This document shows, in pieces, positions 1 through 8,435 of a stretch of DNA of 20,000 bases. Under the pieces are notes generated by a model that was given only the letters and a program-made list of their open reading frames with translations, had not been told where the DNA came from and did no database searches. Numbering within the stretch: position 1 is the stretch's first letter; every line of letters begins with the position of its first letter. The translations under genes and the position numbers were made by a program. Source of the stretch: an uncultured virus (IMG/VR IMGVR_UViG_3300001682_000595). Lineage: Duplodnaviria > Heunggongvirae > Uroviricota > Caudoviricetes. The DNA lies in IMG/VR virus record IMGVR_UViG_3300001682_000595, one strand, 5' to 3'.

Positions 1-1
1 G

Positions 2-208
2 CAAAATGCGGTACCGACGGACTTTAATATATCGCCTGACATTAGCGCAAGCGGACGCGGCGGATCCGCCGCTTCAGCTTCCGGCCCGCTGGTCGTGGTG
101 CAGCAGATGATCGTGCGCAGCGAGGATGACATCCGCAGGATCTCGCAGGAACTGTACAACCTGATGCAGACCGGATCAAGGGCGCAGGGCCGCTTCAGCA
201 CGGCGTAA
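2..208 (+). CDS. C-terminal fragment of probable phage tail tape measure protein (partial, begins before window)
   Basis: Frame-2 ORF open from the window edge: QNAVPTDFNISPDISASGRGGSAASASGPLVVVQQMIVRSEDDIRRISQELYNLMQTGSRAQGRFSTA*, TAA at 206-208. The 'VRSEDDI' ending and the position directly upstream of Dit are typical of tape measure genes. Confidence 0.7.
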   Translation, partial: QNAVPTDFNISPDISASGRGGSAASASGPLVVVQQMIVRSEDDIRRISQELYNLMQTGSRAQGRFSTA

Positions 209-220
209 AGGAGTGGTCAT

Positions 221-994
221 ATGGGATTTATCTACAACGGAATTTCGTCGCAAAGCATGAAAATCCGGGCAAGGCTTGCTGGATGGCAGGTGTTCCCTGC
301 CCTGCGCAACTCCTTTGAAACCGTGCCGGGAAAAGCGGGCGTGGCCGATTTCGGGTGCGGCATCTCTGAGCGAACCATCACAATAAGCTGCGGCGTGCTT
401 CCACAGCGCAGCTTTGCCGAGCTGGTATCGGTTCTGGATAACGCGGCGGAATGGCTGAATCCGGCAAACGGGCTTAAGCAGCTTATCCTCGACGACGTGC
501 CCGACCGCTATTTCATGGCGCGGCTATCGGAAGCGGTGGATTGCGAGCGGCTGCTGCGGTCGGCGGGCGCATTCGACCTACACTTTATCTGCCCCGACCC
601 GTTTGCCTATGCGATTGAGGATGAGGTGTTTGTTCTTTCCGGAACGGGAACGCATGCGGCGGAGAGGCTTGCGGGAAACGCCGATTCCGAGCCGGTGTAT
701 CTCTTGAAGGGTGTGATCTCCGCATCCTCTTCAAGCTATATTTCGCTCATTACAAATGGAGAGGAATTGCGGATTGTCGGCCCGCTGGCGGCGAATGAAA
801 CTCTTGTCATTGATTCCGGCATGGTGACCGCAAAGGTGACGGATGCTGCCGGAAACACCCTGCGCAACGGCCTGCCGTGTCTGCAGGAGCTGAACTTTCC
901 GATCCTCAGGAAGGGCGTGAACAATATAGGGATCAGCGCCGTAAACGCGACATTCACGGAACTGAAAATACAGGCGAAAAGCAGATGGAGGTGA
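221..994 (+). CDS. Phage distal tail protein (Dit / Siphovirus-type tail component)
   Basis: 257 aa; RBS AAGGAG before the ATG; motifs 'F-YNG-SS', 'VPG-AG', 'L-LDD-PDRYF-A', 'F-CPDPFAY', 'FP-L-KG-N-I'; syntenic after the tape measure gene. Confidence 0.85.
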   Translation: MGFIYNGISSQSMKIRARLAGWQVFPALRNSFETVPGKAGVADFGCGISERTITISCGVLPQRSFAELVSVLDNAAEWLNPANGLKQLILDDVPDRYFMARLSEAVDCERLLRSAGAFDLHFICPDPFAYAIEDEVFVLSGTGTHAAERLAGNADSEPVYLLKGVISASSSSYISLITNGEELRIVGPLAANETLVIDSGMVTAKVTDAAGNTLRNGLPCLQELNFPILRKGVNNIGISAVNATFTELKIQAKSRWR

Positions 995-1090
995 CCGGCG
1001 GGCCGCCGGCGGCAATTCGCGCCCCAATTTTTATACATAATCCGACTAATGCGCCGCACCTAAAGTGCGCGCTGAACGGAGGTGGCTTTA

Positions 1091-1783
1091 GTGGCGATAA
1101 AATCAGTTTTAACATCACAAACCGACTTTACTGGGGAATTTCCGGTGACGGAACAAACGTCCGCGCTTTGGCGCTTCAACGAAAGCGCGCCGGACGGCAA
1201 TCTGCGGCTTTTGGATTCGTCCGGGCACGGCAGGCATTTTACCGTCTCCGGCTGGTCGGGCACTTCGGCGAGCCTGATTGCCGGAAGATTCGGGCGATAC
1301 TTCCGTCAAAACATCGTCAACCCGACTTCTGAAAAGACCCACCTTATAGCTGCCAACGACGGGAGCTTTTTCAGTAATCTGGGCGAAAAGATCGTTGTGG
1401 GCGGTTGGATCAACCCCACCACTTATTCGGTGGGGCAGACATACTGCCCTATCTTCAACACCAGGCAGGGACCCGGCCAGCCTATTTTCTATGTGTCCCT
1501 CTATCAGGGCAGGCCGCGCATGATGCTGTACAACTCGGCAGGTTCATTAATCCTTGACCAGAGCGAAACGCCAAGCTTCTCCATGGTCAACGGCGGCTGG
1601 TACTTCATCGCGGCCGTCATTGAGGTGACGGCCAAGACCTCGCAGTTTATCCTCTGCGACCGGGGAATACCGGCACGCTCAATCCGTCCTGTACGGCGAA
1701 TATCGTCATGGGCATGCATGCCGACACCTATTATTTCGCGGGCGGCTTCGACGACTGGTTTCTGGAGACCGATTCGCGCCTGA
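1091..1783 (+). pseudogene. N-terminal LamG/concanavalin-like part of a phage tail (Tal-like) protein, frameshifted near 1661-1670
   Basis: GGAGGTG RBS at 1078-1084, GTG start at 1091 (MAIKSVLTSQ...). LamG-like motifs 'ALWRFNE', 'DSSG-GRH', 'GGWINP', 'WYFIAAV'. After '...FILCDR' the frame reads as junk, while the -1 frame continues 'TGTLNPSCTANIVMG...FAGGFDDW', the expected end of the LamG domain. Confidence 0.75.
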
Positions 1784-3579
1784 CCATCGACGACCTGGCG
1801 CAGCATTTTAGGAACGCGCTGCTGGCCAACGGTGGTGATGCAAGCGCAGATGTGGACGCCCTGACGGAGCCGGGCGCGGTTATGCTGAAAGCGGCAAACG
1901 GCGTATACCCTGCCAGCGGTGTGCTGTATACAAAAGCAGCGCCCTGCGCGTTGTCCGGCAGCGGGCGTGTGGCGGTGACCAGCGAATACACGGCGGGCAT
2001 AACGTCAGTTTCACTGATAGAAACCAGCACGAGCGACGACCTTGCGGAATGGTCGGCATGGCAGGCGGTGGGGACGAGCGGCGAGCTTCAGTCCCCAAAC
2101 CGGCAATATATCCGGTTCCGGGTGACGCTGTCCACCGCCGACACGTCAAAAACGCCGAAACTGCTGGAAATCCAGCTTCACGATATCCCCAAGCCGCCCT
2201 ATGAAAAGCTCGGTTTTGCCCGGCCGGTGGTGCTGGATGGAAACGGGGCATGGGAAGCCGTCCTTGAAAACGCCTTTGATGTCATCGTCACCGGCGAAGT
2301 CAACGGCGCGGACATGCTGGAGTTCAAGCTTCCGTTCCATGACCCGAAAAGAAGCGCGCTGGAAAACGAAAAGCAGGTGCAGATCGCGAGCGACATCTAC
2401 CGAATCCGCACTCTGACCGACAACAAAAGCGAGGACGGGCGCGTTATAACGCAGGTTTACGCCGAGGCGGCGTTTTACGACCTGTCTTTCAGCGCGGAAA
2501 AGGATCCTGCGGACTTTAACGCCGACGCCGCCGACGTGCCGATGAAATACGCATTGCTTGGCACCGGATGGTCGGTGGGAAACGTTACCGTAACAGCAAA
2601 ACGGACATGGCGGTGCACCGAGAAAAACGCGCTGTCCATTCTTCGTACTGTGCAGAACATCTACGGCGGCGACCTTGTTTTTGACAGCGCCAACCGGCTG
2701 GTGCATCTTTTTGCATTCAGCGGCACCGACAGCGGGGCGCTGTTTTCGTATAGAAAGAACTTGAAAAGCATCCAGCGGGTGGTCGACACACGGGAACTGG
2801 TAACAAGGCTTTATGCCTACGGGAAGGATGGCATGACCTTCGCCTCCATCAACGGCGGCAAGGAATATGTGGAGGATTACAGCTTCTCCAGCGAAGTGAG
2901 GGTATCTACGCTTGACTGTTCGTCATTTGGCAATCCGTATCAGATGCTGGAATATGCCCGGATGCGGCTTGCGGAATATTCGAAGCCCCGCGTTTCCTAT
3001 GTGCTGTCGGCCATGGACTTGTCGGCGCTGACCGGCTATGAGCATGAAGCGTGGAAACTGGGCGATATCGTGACTGTGGACGATAATGAACTGGGACTTT
3101 CCATCAAGACCCGCGTCGTGCGGCGGCAGTACAACCTGCAGGAGCCTTGGAAAACGGTGATTGAGCTTTCCACGAAACTAAGGGAATTAGGCGATTCTTC
3201 GGCGCAGTGGGACAAGGCGGCGGACGCGCTGTCTTCAACCGATCTCCTCGACCGTCAGGAGATCAAGGATATGGTGCCGTTCAACCACCTGCGCAATTCC
3301 CGGGCGGACGACGGCTTTGCTTACTGGGTCAATTCCGGTTTTGAGGTGGACACAGAAAACGGCGTTTCGGGAACTGCTTCTTTTAAAGCGGAGGGCGTTT
3401 TAGGCATGACAAAGAGCCTGTCTCAGACGGTATATCCGGCAACGCGCAAAAGCTACACCTTTTCTGCGCAGATCGCTTCCGAAAAACTCCAAAAGGGCGA
3501 AAACGGCCAGGTAGGAGTCGAGATAGTAATTGAATACGAGGACGGCACAACGGAAACAAGATTTATAGACCTGATTTGA
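1708..3579 (+). CDS. Main body of phage tail protein (prophage tail endopeptidase/Tal-like, with C-terminal partial carbohydrate-binding-like domain); likely the same gene as 1091-1783
   Basis: 623 aa; 'EVNGAD-LEF-LP', 'YRKNLKSIQR-VDT-ELVTRLYAYGKDG', 'PRVSY---A-DL', 'LGD-V-V-D-ELG' are typical of prophage tail proteins. The frame is open from 1624 and there is no clear RBS before 1708. Confidence 0.8.
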   Translation: MGMHADTYYFAGGFDDWFLETDSRLTIDDLAQHFRNALLANGGDASADVDALTEPGAVMLKAANGVYPASGVLYTKAAPCALSGSGRVAVTSEYTAGITSVSLIETSTSDDLAEWSAWQAVGTSGELQSPNRQYIRFRVTLSTADTSKTPKLLEIQLHDIPKPPYEKLGFARPVVLDGNGAWEAVLENAFDVIVTGEVNGADMLEFKLPFHDPKRSALENEKQVQIASDIYRIRTLTDNKSEDGRVITQVYAEAAFYDLSFSAEKDPADFNADAADVPMKYALLGTGWSVGNVTVTAKRTWRCTEKNALSILRTVQNIYGGDLVFDSANRLVHLFAFSGTDSGALFSYRKNLKSIQRVVDTRELVTRLYAYGKDGMTFASINGGKEYVEDYSFSSEVRVSTLDCSSFGNPYQMLEYARMRLAEYSKPRVSYVLSAMDLSALTGYEHEAWKLGDIVTVDDNELGLSIKTRVVRRQYNLQEPWKTVIELSTKLRELGDSSAQWDKAADALSSTDLLDRQEIKDMVPFNHLRNSRADDGFAYWVNSGFEVDTENGVSGTASFKAEGVLGMTKSLSQTVYPATRKSYTFSAQIASEKLQKGENGQVGVEIVIEYEDGTTETRFIDLI

Positions 3580-3590
3580 GGGTGGTGGAT

Positions 3591-3785
3591 ATGGCATATT
3601 TCAATCAGATTGTACACAGTTTTTCTCCGAAAAGTATCAGCAGAGTCAAGTCTATCACCATCAGACTGTGCGTCACTGACTGTAGCGGCACAGTGTATTT
3701 TACAGACATATTATTGCAGGGCGGCTCGGTGGCCACCGGCTGGGTCGGTCATGTATGCGAGATACAGTGGACATTGGACGGGTAG
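3591..3785 (+). CDS. Small phage tail-associated protein (64 aa; beta-rich, half jelly-roll-like)
   Basis: ATG at 3591 after purine-rich GAGGGTGGTGG; contains 'ITIRLCVTDCSGTVYFTDILLQGG'; tightly packed in the tail operon. Confidence 0.7.
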   Translation: MAYFNQIVHSFSPKSISRVKSITIRLCVTDCSGTVYFTDILLQGGSVATGWVGHVCEIQWTLDG

Positions 3786-3791
3786 GTGTTG

Positions 3792-4370
3792 ATGATGCAG
3801 TTTTCAAGGTTTGCGGAAACCATACAGATAAAAAGCGACAAGCATGTGGCGGGCGTGACTGTGACTTTGCTGCTTTCCGACTGCACCGGCACAATATATT
3901 TTACCGACCTGCAGCTTCAGGAAAACGACCGGCTGACGGGTTACACCGTCCACACCGGCAAAATGCTAACGAAGATGCAGGAAAACGGGCAGCCAGTTCC
4001 TCCTAGGCATTATAACGGCGTGGTGCGGACAACGGAAACGGTTATTTTATTCAACCTGGGCAAAACATCCGCCGGCCTCGACTGTTATATCTATCCTGTG
4101 CAGGACATGGCGGCAGGCAGTATTGGGCTTTCCCAGGGCTTGGGCGCGCACAAAGTGAGGTTTCTTGACCCGGTAAACGCATGCGATGAGCTGGCGCTCA
4201 AGGTTTCCACCCGCCAATGCCTTAAAAACGGAAGTCCCACTCGTAAGGATGGGTTTTATCAATATTCTGCGGCATGGGACAGCAAACATACAGTGAAGCT
4301 GGAAGAGAGAAAATCGGCGCGGGTGCTCTTTGAATTTCAGGAGATGCAGGAAGGCGGTGACCGGTTATGA
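3792..4370 (+). CDS. Hypothetical phage tail-associated protein
   Basis: About 192 aa; start could be 3786, 3792 or 3795; overlaps the next gene via ATGA; N-terminus 'VTVTLLLSDCTGTIYFTDLQLQE' resembles the preceding ORF. Confidence 0.75.
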   Translation: MMQFSRFAETIQIKSDKHVAGVTVTLLLSDCTGTIYFTDLQLQENDRLTGYTVHTGKMLTKMQENGQPVPPRHYNGVVRTTETVILFNLGKTSAGLDCYIYPVQDMAAGSIGLSQGLGAHKVRFLDPVNACDELALKVSTRQCLKNGSPTRKDGFYQYSAAWDSKHTVKLEERKSARVLFEFQEMQEGGDRL

Positions 4371-6835
4371 GGGATTTCTTAAGAGGTAAGCGGTGCATGG
4401 TGTGGAGTTTTATGGGTAATGCCCGAATGTATGAAGCGCTTTCCAATTATGGAGACCGGTTGGATACGGTGGGTATTTTCACATTTGAAGTGGATGCCAC
4501 CGGTACTATTTCAGAAACCGGAACCAGTATCAGCAGTATGATCCCCTACATTCAAAAATGGCTGCATATCAAGTGGCTGCTGACCATTATGAACCATGGA
4601 ACAGCCTCCGTTTTTACCGCGCTTCGCAATAACGAGAACGGGGCAAAGGATAAGTTTCTCACCGAGATTATCCGGATCATGAACAAGTACCCATGGTGCG
4701 CCGGGGTGGACATCGATCTGGAGCGCGGCGGCGGGTATGAAAACAAGGATGCGGCAAACGCGCTGTTTAGGGATATCTACCAGACCGTAAAAAACTTCAA
4801 TCCGGCAAAGATCGTCAACATCTGCCTGCCCGGTATGACCGGAGTTCAGGGGTCGGTTGGAGGCGAAAACTGGTGCGTATACGCCGATCTTAATGCCTAC
4901 TGCGATACCGCCGCCATCATGAGCTACGGCATGGCGTGGGCGGGCTCCGCTCCAGGGCCTGTATCTCCCCGGGACTGGCTGGAGGGCATATATGACTATG
5001 CGGTTACCGCGATGTCACCGGATAAAATCTTCATGGGGCTTCCCGCCTACGGCTGGAACTGGCGGATCCATGACACGCCGGAAAACCTCGGAGTCACCTA
5101 TCGTGGAGTGTCCAACACCTACTATGCGGCTAAATATTGGATGACGGGGGTTTACAATTTTACCGGCGACGCGCCGCCCCAGCCGTTCATTCCGATTGTC
5201 GCCTACTGGGACGACTACAACAAAGTGTCGTGGGCGCTGCCCCATGTATATGACTATATGGAAGGATGGGATGCCGTATCCTGGGAATACCCGCTGCAAA
5301 AAAGTGTATACAACAGAAGAAGGTATTTGACAGGCTACGGCAAGGAGCAGAAAACAGAGTTCGGAACTGTCTATATAGACAAAAACGGCGTTCCGGATGA
5401 GTATGAGGGGAATGTCATTGTTACCGGTGAGATGGCTTCGCTGGGAGATGACCAGGCTTCAGCAGAGTACCGGTTTGAGATAACGGAAGCGGGATATTAT
5501 GATATCGCAGTCAGGCTTTGCTTTCCCTATTGGGACAAAAATGCGATTGTGGTTTCCCTGGACGGCAATGCGAAGACCTTCAGCGAAAACCGCCTGTGGT
5601 GGCCATACTGGAGAAGGATTTGCTGGATGACCCTTGAAAAGGGTGTATTTCTGACACAGGGTACGCATGCTGTCAGCATAAGCGGAGGCGTACCGGGAGT
5701 CCAGTTTTACGGATTTCGGGTGTGCAGCAATTTTACAGAGTATCCTTTTGCGGGCGAGGCGGTATATATGCTGTCCCCGAGGCAATTTAAGGATGTAAAC
5801 GGCGTGATGGCAGAGCCTGATCGAGGCTTTAAGCTGACCTTTGAAATGCTGCGGAGGAAACCCGACTCGGCCCTCATCTGGTATGAGGATTTCCGGGACA
5901 GGAACATACTGCCGGAAAGCTACTGGACGATCCTTTCCGGGGAGTGGAGCGTGTGGCAGGATCTGGAAAGCGCTGCCGACCGCCCTTATTCCCAGCTTGA
6001 AGGGCATGGCGAGCTTGCATGGAAATACGAAGGGTTTTCCGACGTCCATATCCGGGCAAGGCTGGCCTTTCCCCAAAATAGCAGCGGCCGGGCGGGAGTG
6101 TTCCTCGGCGATATTTTCTGCTGCCTTAATTATGACACGCAGAGAGTTGAGCTTTATCAGGGCGCTTCCCTGCTTGGAAGCTATTCCACCAGTTTTTCCA
6201 AGACTCCGGACGGCGAGATCCGCACAAACCCCAATATGTACACCATCGAGATGCGAAAACGCGGCAATACGGTCAGGGTCTATTCCGGCGCAGGCTCAAC
6301 CCTGCGTTTTACGGCGGCTGTCGGCAATGCAAGCGGTTATGCGGGAATCCGCTCGGACAGCCGAATAGTATGCGAATTGCTGCGGCTGGGCGACGCGTGG
6401 GTTTATGAGCCGTATGAACGATTTGATGTAGAACTTCCGGATGGCACAACAGCAAGCTTTGGCAGGCTTGCCCGCACGGGCGTCACTTGGGACGAGGAGT
6501 TTCAGGTGTTTTCTGTAAACAGCGACGTGGAGGAACCGGCTACCCGCAGTGAGGATATATCGCTGGACTATGATTTCTTCCACTCGCAGCTTCTGGCGCT
6601 TTCCTGCGGCAATGACTATGAAGTTAAAATTATCCCGAAGGAGGTAAACATCTGGATATCCCGCCTGTTCCTCGGCGACGCGGACGGTTTTTCCATCCTG
6701 TATTATCAGGACGTAGACAGCCTTGTTTACTGGGCAAACGAAGCGGCTTACCGCTGGAAGCTGCGCGGCATCGCCCTCTGGTCGCTCGGGCAGGAGGATA
6801 TGCGGCTTTGGGAGGCGCTCCCGAAGCAGATATAG
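4367..6835 (+). CDS. Glycoside hydrolase family 18 protein with large inserted beta-sandwich domains (phage tail module)
   Basis: 822 aa; GH18 catalytic DxDxE ('GVDIDLE'), 'IMSY', 'PGPVSP-DW', 'KIFMGLPAYGWNW' and the closing strand 'LRGIALWSLGQED' at the extreme C-terminus; RBS GGAAGGCGG. Confidence 0.88.
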   Translation: MRDFLRGKRCMVWSFMGNARMYEALSNYGDRLDTVGIFTFEVDATGTISETGTSISSMIPYIQKWLHIKWLLTIMNHGTASVFTALRNNENGAKDKFLTEIIRIMNKYPWCAGVDIDLERGGGYENKDAANALFRDIYQTVKNFNPAKIVNICLPGMTGVQGSVGGENWCVYADLNAYCDTAAIMSYGMAWAGSAPGPVSPRDWLEGIYDYAVTAMSPDKIFMGLPAYGWNWRIHDTPENLGVTYRGVSNTYYAAKYWMTGVYNFTGDAPPQPFIPIVAYWDDYNKVSWALPHVYDYMEGWDAVSWEYPLQKSVYNRRRYLTGYGKEQKTEFGTVYIDKNGVPDEYEGNVIVTGEMASLGDDQASAEYRFEITEAGYYDIAVRLCFPYWDKNAIVVSLDGNAKTFSENRLWWPYWRRICWMTLEKGVFLTQGTHAVSISGGVPGVQFYGFRVCSNFTEYPFAGEAVYMLSPRQFKDVNGVMAEPDRGFKLTFEMLRRKPDSALIWYEDFRDRNILPESYWTILSGEWSVWQDLESAADRPYSQLEGHGELAWKYEGFSDVHIRARLAFPQNSSGRAGVFLGDIFCCLNYDTQRVELYQGASLLGSYSTSFSKTPDGEIRTNPNMYTIEMRKRGNTVRVYSGAGSTLRFTAAVGNASGYAGIRSDSRIVCELLRLGDAWVYEPYERFDVELPDGTTASFGRLARTGVTWDEEFQVFSVNSDVEEPATRSEDISLDYDFFHSQLLALSCGNDYEVKIIPKEVNIWISRLFLGDADGFSILYYQDVDSLVYWANEAAYRWKLRGIALWSLGQEDMRLWEALPKQI

Positions 6836-6857
6836 GGCGGCGGTATTTATATATTCG

Positions 6858-6886
6858 GCGCTTTGCTTTCAGGCAGGGCGCTTTTT
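6858..6886 (+). terminator. Putative intrinsic terminator between tail and lysis genes
   Basis: Stem GCGCTTTGC / GCAGGGCGC (9 bp with 2 G-U pairs), 6-nt loop, followed by TTTTT. Confidence 0.6.
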
Positions 6887-6922
6887 AATATGCAAAATTT
6901 GATTGAAACGGAGGTTTTATCA

Positions 6923-7339
6923 ATGAAAACGGTATGGAACTGGTTGCAGGCGGCCTTTGCCGCCGTCGGCGGTTTCCTCGGCTGGTTTCTCGGCGGGGCG
7001 GACGGGTTTCTCTATGCTCTCATTGCCTTTGTGGCCATTGACTATCTGACCGGCGTGATGTGTGCGATTGCGGACAGGAAGCTGTCCAGCGAAGTCGGGG
7101 CCAAGGGCATCTTCAAGAAGGTGCTCATTTTTGTGCTGGTGGGCGTGGGGCACATCATTGACAGCCAGGTGCTTGGCGACGGCGGCGCGATCCGGACGGC
7201 GGTCATTTTCTTTTATTTGAGCAATGAGGGTATTTCCATTCTGGAAAACGCTGCGCACATAGGGCTGCCAATTCCTGAGAAGTTAAAGAACGTACTGGAG
7301 CAGTTGCACAACCGCTCAGATGAGGAGGAAGAAAAATGA
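6923..7339 (+). CDS. Phage holin (toxin secretion/phage lysis holin family)
   Basis: RBS GGAGG then ATG at 6923 (138 aa); hydrophobic segments; motifs 'DYLTGV', 'LSSEVG-KGIFKK', 'NEGISILEN', 'GLPIP--LK--L-QL'; overlaps the endolysin via ATGA. Confidence 0.92.
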   Translation: MKTVWNWLQAAFAAVGGFLGWFLGGADGFLYALIAFVAIDYLTGVMCAIADRKLSSEVGAKGIFKKVLIFVLVGVGHIIDSQVLGDGGAIRTAVIFFYLSNEGISILENAAHIGLPIPEKLKNVLEQLHNRSDEEEEK

Positions 7340-8061
7340 ACCTGCACAAACTCATTCTGACGAACAACGCCTGCTACAAGGCGGGCAAAACCATTATCCC
7401 GAAGGGCATCATGGTGCATTCCACAGGGGCAAACAATCCATGGCTCAAGCGCTATGTCAGCCCGGATGACGGCCTGCTGGGCAAAAATCCGTACAACAAC
7501 CATTGGAACCAGGACAGGCCGGACGGGCGGCAGGTCTGCGTCCACGCCTTTATCGGCAAGCTGGCGGATGGCAGCATCGCTGCCTACCAGACGCTTCCGT
7601 GGAATATGCGCGGCTGGCACTGCGGCGGCTCCGGCAATGACACGCACATAGGGTTTGAGATCTGCGAGGACGGTTTAACCGACGCCTCGTATTTTAATGC
7701 CGTCTACATGGAAGCTGCGGAGATTTGCGCCTACCTTTGCAGGGAGTATGGGCTGACCGAAAAGGACGTCATTTGCCATTCGGAGGGCTATAAGATGGGC
7801 ATTGCTTCCAACCACAGCGACGTCATGCATTGGTTCCCGAGGTTCGGGAAGTCCATGGATGCGTTCCGCGCCGAGGTAAGGAAGCTGCTTGACGCTGGGG
7901 GCAGCCCAAAGACGTACATTGTAAAGAAGGGCGACTCCCTTTGGGGCATTGCCCGAAAGGAGCTTGGCAGCGGGGCAAGATATCCGGAGATTATGTCCTT
8001 AAACGGGCTATCTTCGACGACGATTTATCCCGGACAGGTTTTGAAGATACCGCCGAAATAG
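7336..8061 (+). CDS. Endolysin: N-acetylmuramoyl-L-alanine amidase (Amidase_2) with C-terminal LysM
   Basis: 'IMVHSTG', 'GWHCGG', 'IGFEICE', 'CHSE...NHSD' amidase motifs; LysM 'YIVKKGDSLWGIA...I--LNGL----IYPGQVLKIP'. Confidence 0.92.
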   Translation: MNLHKLILTNNACYKAGKTIIPKGIMVHSTGANNPWLKRYVSPDDGLLGKNPYNNHWNQDRPDGRQVCVHAFIGKLADGSIAAYQTLPWNMRGWHCGGSGNDTHIGFEICEDGLTDASYFNAVYMEAAEICAYLCREYGLTEKDVICHSEGYKMGIASNHSDVMHWFPRFGKSMDAFRAEVRKLLDAGGSPKTYIVKKGDSLWGIARKELGSGARYPEIMSLNGLSSTTIYPGQVLKIPPK

Positions 8062-8090
8062 GGTGCGGGCAATTGATACAATATCATGAC

Positions 8091-8125
8091 AGCGGGGGCG
8101 GCGGTTTGGCCGCTCCCGCTTTAAT
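8091..8125 (+). terminator. Putative terminator hairpin after the endolysin
   Basis: 12-bp stem AGCGGGGGCGGC / GCCGCTCCCGCT (one G-U pair), 6-nt loop, followed by a short T/A-rich tract. Confidence 0.6.
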
Positions 8126-8144
8126 AATCGGGGAGGTGTTTGTT

Positions 8145-8378
8145 GTGGCGCATGCGGGAACGGTTTCCAAGCATCCGGAGGGATTCGAGGATTATGTGAA
8201 AAAGGCGAAGCTTGCCATGCCGCCGGAGGAGCTGCAGGGGGAACTGGATTACTGGCGTTCCAGGAAAATCCTGCAGAAGATGCTTGACGGGGGCTTGATC
8301 ACACCGGATGAATTCCACAAAATCGACGAATTAAACCGCAGATCTTTCTCGCCGAAGCTGGCGCGGCTGATGGCATAA
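8145..8378 (+). CDS. Small SHOCT-like protein of the kind found upstream of serine recombinase clusters (77 aa)
   Basis: RBS GGGAGGTG at 8131-8138, GTG at 8145; 'ELDY-RS-KILQKMLDGGLIT-DEF-KID-LNR-SFSP' pattern. The ORF-track start at 7941 overlaps the endolysin and is unlikely. Confidence 0.75.
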   Translation: MAHAGTVSKHPEGFEDYVKKAKLAMPPEELQGELDYWRSRKILQKMLDGGLITPDEFHKIDELNRRSFSPKLARLMA

Positions 8379-8383
8379 TTGCC

Positions 8384-8412
8384 TTGCTATTATTAATGCT
8401 CAGAGGTATCAT
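8384..8412 (+). promoter_or_regulatory. Putative sigma-A promoter for the recombinase cluster
   Basis: TTGCTA (8384-8389), 17-bp spacer, TATCAT (8407-8412), followed by RBS GGAGGAGG. Confidence 0.55.
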
Positions 8413-8435
8413 GTCCACCCCGGGAGGAGGTGAAA

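Noticed and set aside
3678..3908. Near-identical 30-bp pair as a diversity-generating retroelement TR/VR
   Set aside because: Too short, mismatches are not adenine-specific, and there is no reverse transcriptase in the window; better explained by protein paralogy.
7941..8144. N-terminal extension of the SHOCT-like ORF
   Set aside because: Overlaps the endolysin and crosses a terminator; the strong RBS supports the start at 8145.
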